DNA of 63,995 nucleotides, counting the filler, from Fonticula-like sp. SCN 57-25 (taxonomy: Eukaryota): assembly GCA_001724245.1 (NCBI GenBank). It is 6 parts of 6 records of this genome, joined end to end, with 100 filler letters (N's around TTAATTAATTAA, not from the genome) between each part and the next. Parts side by side here need not be neighbours in the genome. Positions count along the whole stretch, not along the records: positions 56,493 to 63,995 come from MEDX01000359.1; 5 more parts are not named here. One strand, 5' to 3'. Shown here in pieces: positions 60,321 through 63,995 of the stretch (its first letter is position 1; each line of letters begins with the position of its first letter). The position numbers were made by a program, and so were the translations under genes. The notes beneath the pieces were generated by a model, which did not search any database, was not told the DNA's origin, and saw only the letters and a program-made list of their open reading frames with translations.

Positions 60321-63011
60321 CTACTTCTTGCGCTTCCCCTTTGTCTTCTTCGCCTCGACGCGCTTGAGCGCCTTCATATCCTTCCTCAGCCTCGCGTCGA
60401 CCATCTTGTAGCGCCCCTTGACACCCTTCGGGCGCCCCTTTCCGCGCGTCGCCCCCTTCGCGACGACCACCTGCACCTTCTTTGGCTCCTTCTTCTTGAG
60501 CTTTGCCTTGTACAGGCTGTCAATCTGCTTGGCCTTTGCCGCCTCGCTCAAGTCCTCCTGCTCGGCAATGGCCGACGCCTGCGCCTTGACGCGCTCCAGC
60601 CGCTTGATCGTCTTGCGCTTCTTGCGCGCCTTGGCCTCGACAATCTTTTTGATAGGGCGCGCGTTGATCTCCTTCATCATCTCATTGTGCTGCTGGACGG
60701 CTTCCTTGGTGACGGGCACGGCGGGCGTCGTAAACTTGCTCTCTTCCTGCGCAAACCACGCGGGAAGGCCGTCGTCGTTGAAGGCGTAGCGGTTGTACGC
60801 CTTGTCGAGAAGGTCAGCGCGGTGCGCAGAGCTGCGAAGCATCGTCGCAACGGCGATCTCGGCGGGGGTGAGCTGGCGGCGCTTGGAGGCGTCGCCGTCG
60901 TCGTCGCCGTCGCGCTCAAGGCTCGAGGCAGGGACTTCTTCGAACGACGCATCAGAGTCGCTGTGAAGGGAATGTTAATATACGGTTAAAGTGAGGGAAG
61001 TGTCAAACAAGGCTAAAATAAGGCTAAAATATGACAAAAAAACCAAAAAATACCACAAAAAGGGACATAACCGTGACAAAAACACCACAAAAACAGCACA
61101 AAATCAAGGTAAATTCACCAATTCAAGACAAACAACCACAAATACGCACTTGTCGCTGTCGCTGTCCTGATCGGCCTCGTCGCTGTCTGCTCCCTCCATT
61201 GCCTCCGTGTCCTCCTCCTCCTCCTCCTCGTCACTCTCGGCCGCGCGCTTGCGCTTCCCGCCGGCGGGCATCTTGCGCGCCTTCTTCATCGCCGCGATGG
61301 CCTCCTCGTCATCCTCTTCCTCCTCCTCCTCCTCCTCGCCCGCCGCGATGCCCGCAAAGAGCGGCTGGCTGAACCACATGGACGCCTTCCTGCTGCGCGC
61401 CTCTGCCGCCGACCCGTTCGTGAGCAGCGAGTTTGTCGCCTCCGCCTCGTCGGGGTCCTCGTCGTCGTCGTCGCCTGCGCCATTGTGCGCGTCGGCAAAG
61501 GGGTCGCCCGACACGCGCGCCTTCTCCGCCTTGATGGTGGCGAGCCGGTGGCGCTTGCGCGAGCCGCCCTTGCGCTCGAGGTACTGCTCGTACATTGTGT
61601 CGAGCATGCTCTCGAGCGTCGTATGGTAGTCGCCGTTGCTGCCGTCGGCAAAGTCAATGGCGCGGCGCTCGGGCGCGGCAAACTCGTCGTCGTCGTCGCC
61701 GTCGGCGTTCAGGTCCGCCTCGGCGACAACGTCGAGCGCGCGGTCAGAGCGGATGCGCTTGAGGGAAAAGAGCGCGTCGTCCTGCACCATCAGGGCAGTG
61801 TCGTTGGGGACCTCCATGTTGAGGCGGATGCGCTCGCGCAGCTTGGCCTTGAGCGCGTTCTTGCGGCGCTTCTCGCGCTTGCGGTCCTTGGAAGCAGACT
61901 CTTCGAGCGCCTTGAGCTCGGCGTCGAGAAGCTCGTCGTCGACGGCCTCGGAGCTCACGACGGCGGCAAGGTCCTCGTCGTTGTCAGCGTCGCCCTCGCC
62001 GGCGGCGGCATCGGCTTCCTTCTTGGCAGCCTCCACGATGCGCTCGCGCCAGCGGAGAAGTTCCTTAAAGTCGCGCTTGCCAATCACCTTGAGGTCGGCG
62101 CACAGCGCGCGGATTTCGTCGGTGGTGCGCGGGAGCGCATTGATGCGGCGGCACTCTTCGTCGTCCTCGTCAAACACAAACTGGTTGTGCGTCGCCAGGA
62201 TCGTGATGGGGTCCGCGGCGGAAATAAAGGTCGTGATGGGGCACGACTTGAAGAGAATGCGCGCATTGTCCTCGTAACCGTCGCGGTGGCGCTTGGACTT
62301 TTCGGGGTGGAAGATGTTTTGCGTCGCGCCGAGCGCCTGCGAGGGATCCTCAACCTCGCTAAAGACAAACTTGGGGTCGAGGAACTTGGGGTCAAGGTGC
62401 TTCGGGTCGAGGTAGCCAATGCCAATAACGTAAATCTCGGCGGAAACGCTGCGGGACGACGAGGGCTTGGTCACTTCGACGCGCTTGAAGAGCTGGTTAA
62501 AGACCCAGAGAAGGGCATTGTAATCCTTGGAGCGGAAAACTTTGGTCACGAAAACGCCGCCGGCGACCAAAAACTCGCAGGCGAGCTTGAGAGACTTTAG
62601 CGTGAGCTCGGACTGCGTAAAGGCGTCCTGGATCCACGCCTGACCCATGTTGGGCGAACCGTCGTGAAGCACAACATCAGCCTTCCACGTCTTGAGCTCG
62701 CGGCGCAGATCAGTGCGGCACTTTTCCGTCGTAATGTCGTCCACAAGCGTAATGACATTGGGAATAGGCCTAATGGGCACCAAGTCCACGCCGACGATCA
62801 GGCTGGACATGGGCATGTGCTTGGCCGCCACCTGCAGCCAACCACCGGGGGCCGCGCATAGATCAATCAGGACACGCGCCTTGTGAAGAAAGTTGTACTT
62901 GCGGTTCAGCTGAACCAACTTGAACGCTGAACGAGCACGGTATCCCTGCTCCTTGGCGAGGTGGTAGAACTTGTCCAAACGCCCCTTTCCGGTCTTCTTC
63001 TCGCGACCCAT
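60321..63011 (-). CDS. SPB1: Pre-rRNA 2'-O-methyltransferase Spb1/FTSJ3
   Basis: [51 protein letters not shown]-terminal [16 protein letters not shown] and GRYKMVD; one intron about 60962-61149. Confidence 0.98.
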
Positions 63012-63164
63012 CTTCAGATGCAGGCGCGACGACCACGCGGCGGGTGCGGCGGCAAACTTTCGTGTGCAAACTAGTTTGCACCTGGCTATGAATCAGCGCA
63101 AATCAGAACAAATCAGGCGCGAAAACGCGCGAAACTGCATACTTGCAACAGCGCGGGGCACACG

Positions 63165-63889
63165 ATGACGGGCGGACTCAAGGCCAGGCTGGTTATTCAG
63201 CAGCAGCCTCAGCAGGCGCGCATGTGCGCCATGGATGACGCTGAGCGGAGCATAATTGAGCCGCCGCCTATTGTTCAGATGGTCGACGAAGAAGGCCGCC
63301 CGCTGGTGTGGGATTTCAACTTTATGGTCTACGTCCAGGTGCGGATTCCTGCCGTGGCCCACCGCATGTTTCTCATGATGGCTGTCTCCTTTTTAGCTGT
63401 TGTCTGCGGACGGAACGCGCGACGTGTCAATCTTTCAGTCGTCCATCATGCCGCCTGTTCGCACCATGTTTGGCACCACGTCCTCATCCGTTTCCCTCCT
63501 TCGCGATCTCTCCGACGAGCTGCAGGCCTACTTTATCTTTAACGACCTGTCTGTGCGCCTCGAAGGCGTATATCGTCTCAGTTTTACGCTTTTCCACCTT
63601 TCGTCGTACGCCTCGCTCCCCGCTCGCCTTCGCCTAATCTTACGCCGCATGCAGGAGCGAGAACCCGATGTGCGGAACTGCAGTGTCCGATCCCTTCACC
63701 GTGTATACCGCCGACACGTTCCCCGGAGAGGTCGGGTCGACGCCGCTGGCGTATTCTCTGGCGAGGCAGGGCGCAAATATCCTAGTGCGCAACTTGCACA
63801 CGGCGAAGCGGCGCAAGGGCAGCGCGGGCGACGCGCGGACGTGGCACCGGGACGACGTGGAAAATACCATGGACCAGAGCATGGCCTAG
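63165..63889 (+). CDS. Velvet-domain transcription factor (compact, stand-alone)
   Basis: LVIQQQPQQARMC..RSIIEPPPIVQM; LFGTTSSS..LRD..YFIFNDLSVRLEGVYRLSFTLF; SDPFTVYTADTFPG..STPLAYSLARQG; two short introns. Confidence 0.93.
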
Positions 63890-63995
63890 GCCGGGCGGGG
63901 CATTCAGTGCATAGCAAAATAGTTGGTAGGCATTTGCATTTGTTGTGTTGTTATTGCGCCCCTCGTTTGGGTTTTTGTATTTGTTTTCGCCGCGC

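Overview
Eukaryotic DNA made of six unrelated contigs of about 11 kb, joined by artificial 100-nt pads (N44-TTAATTAATTAA-N44). The genome is compact and GC-rich, with mostly 45-60 nt introns whose 5' splice site is almost always GTRCG. Recognisable genes: nischarin-like PX protein, VPS13, annexin (3' end), secreted S8 subtilase, ATP synthase factor B (ATP5S/DMAC2L), a class I HDAC homologue, PPWD1, a small Ser/Thr kinase, ATG2 (5' part), ABCG transporter, LISK/TKL kinase, UFD1, eIF4A, SUZ12, coronin, AKT/PKB, PCYT1, PXK-like pseudokinase, NSUN3/4-like methyltransferase, MOB1, EAF, NUBPL, HOP2, SPB1 and a velvet-domain protein. There are also several orphans and three copies of a decayed repeat. 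The mix of a fungal hallmark (velvet) with animal-type genes suggests an early-branching opisthokont (inference). Best leads: (1) an intact class I HDAC that has lost two zinc ligands and the catalytic His and Tyr (pseudo-HDAC); (2) the near-invariant +4C donor consensus (21 of 21 VPS13 introns); (3) a full-length factor B outside animals; (4) a kinase with three tandem uncharacterised beta-rich repeats; (5) possible RIP-like decay of a repeat. All family calls come from recalled motifs; no database search was run.
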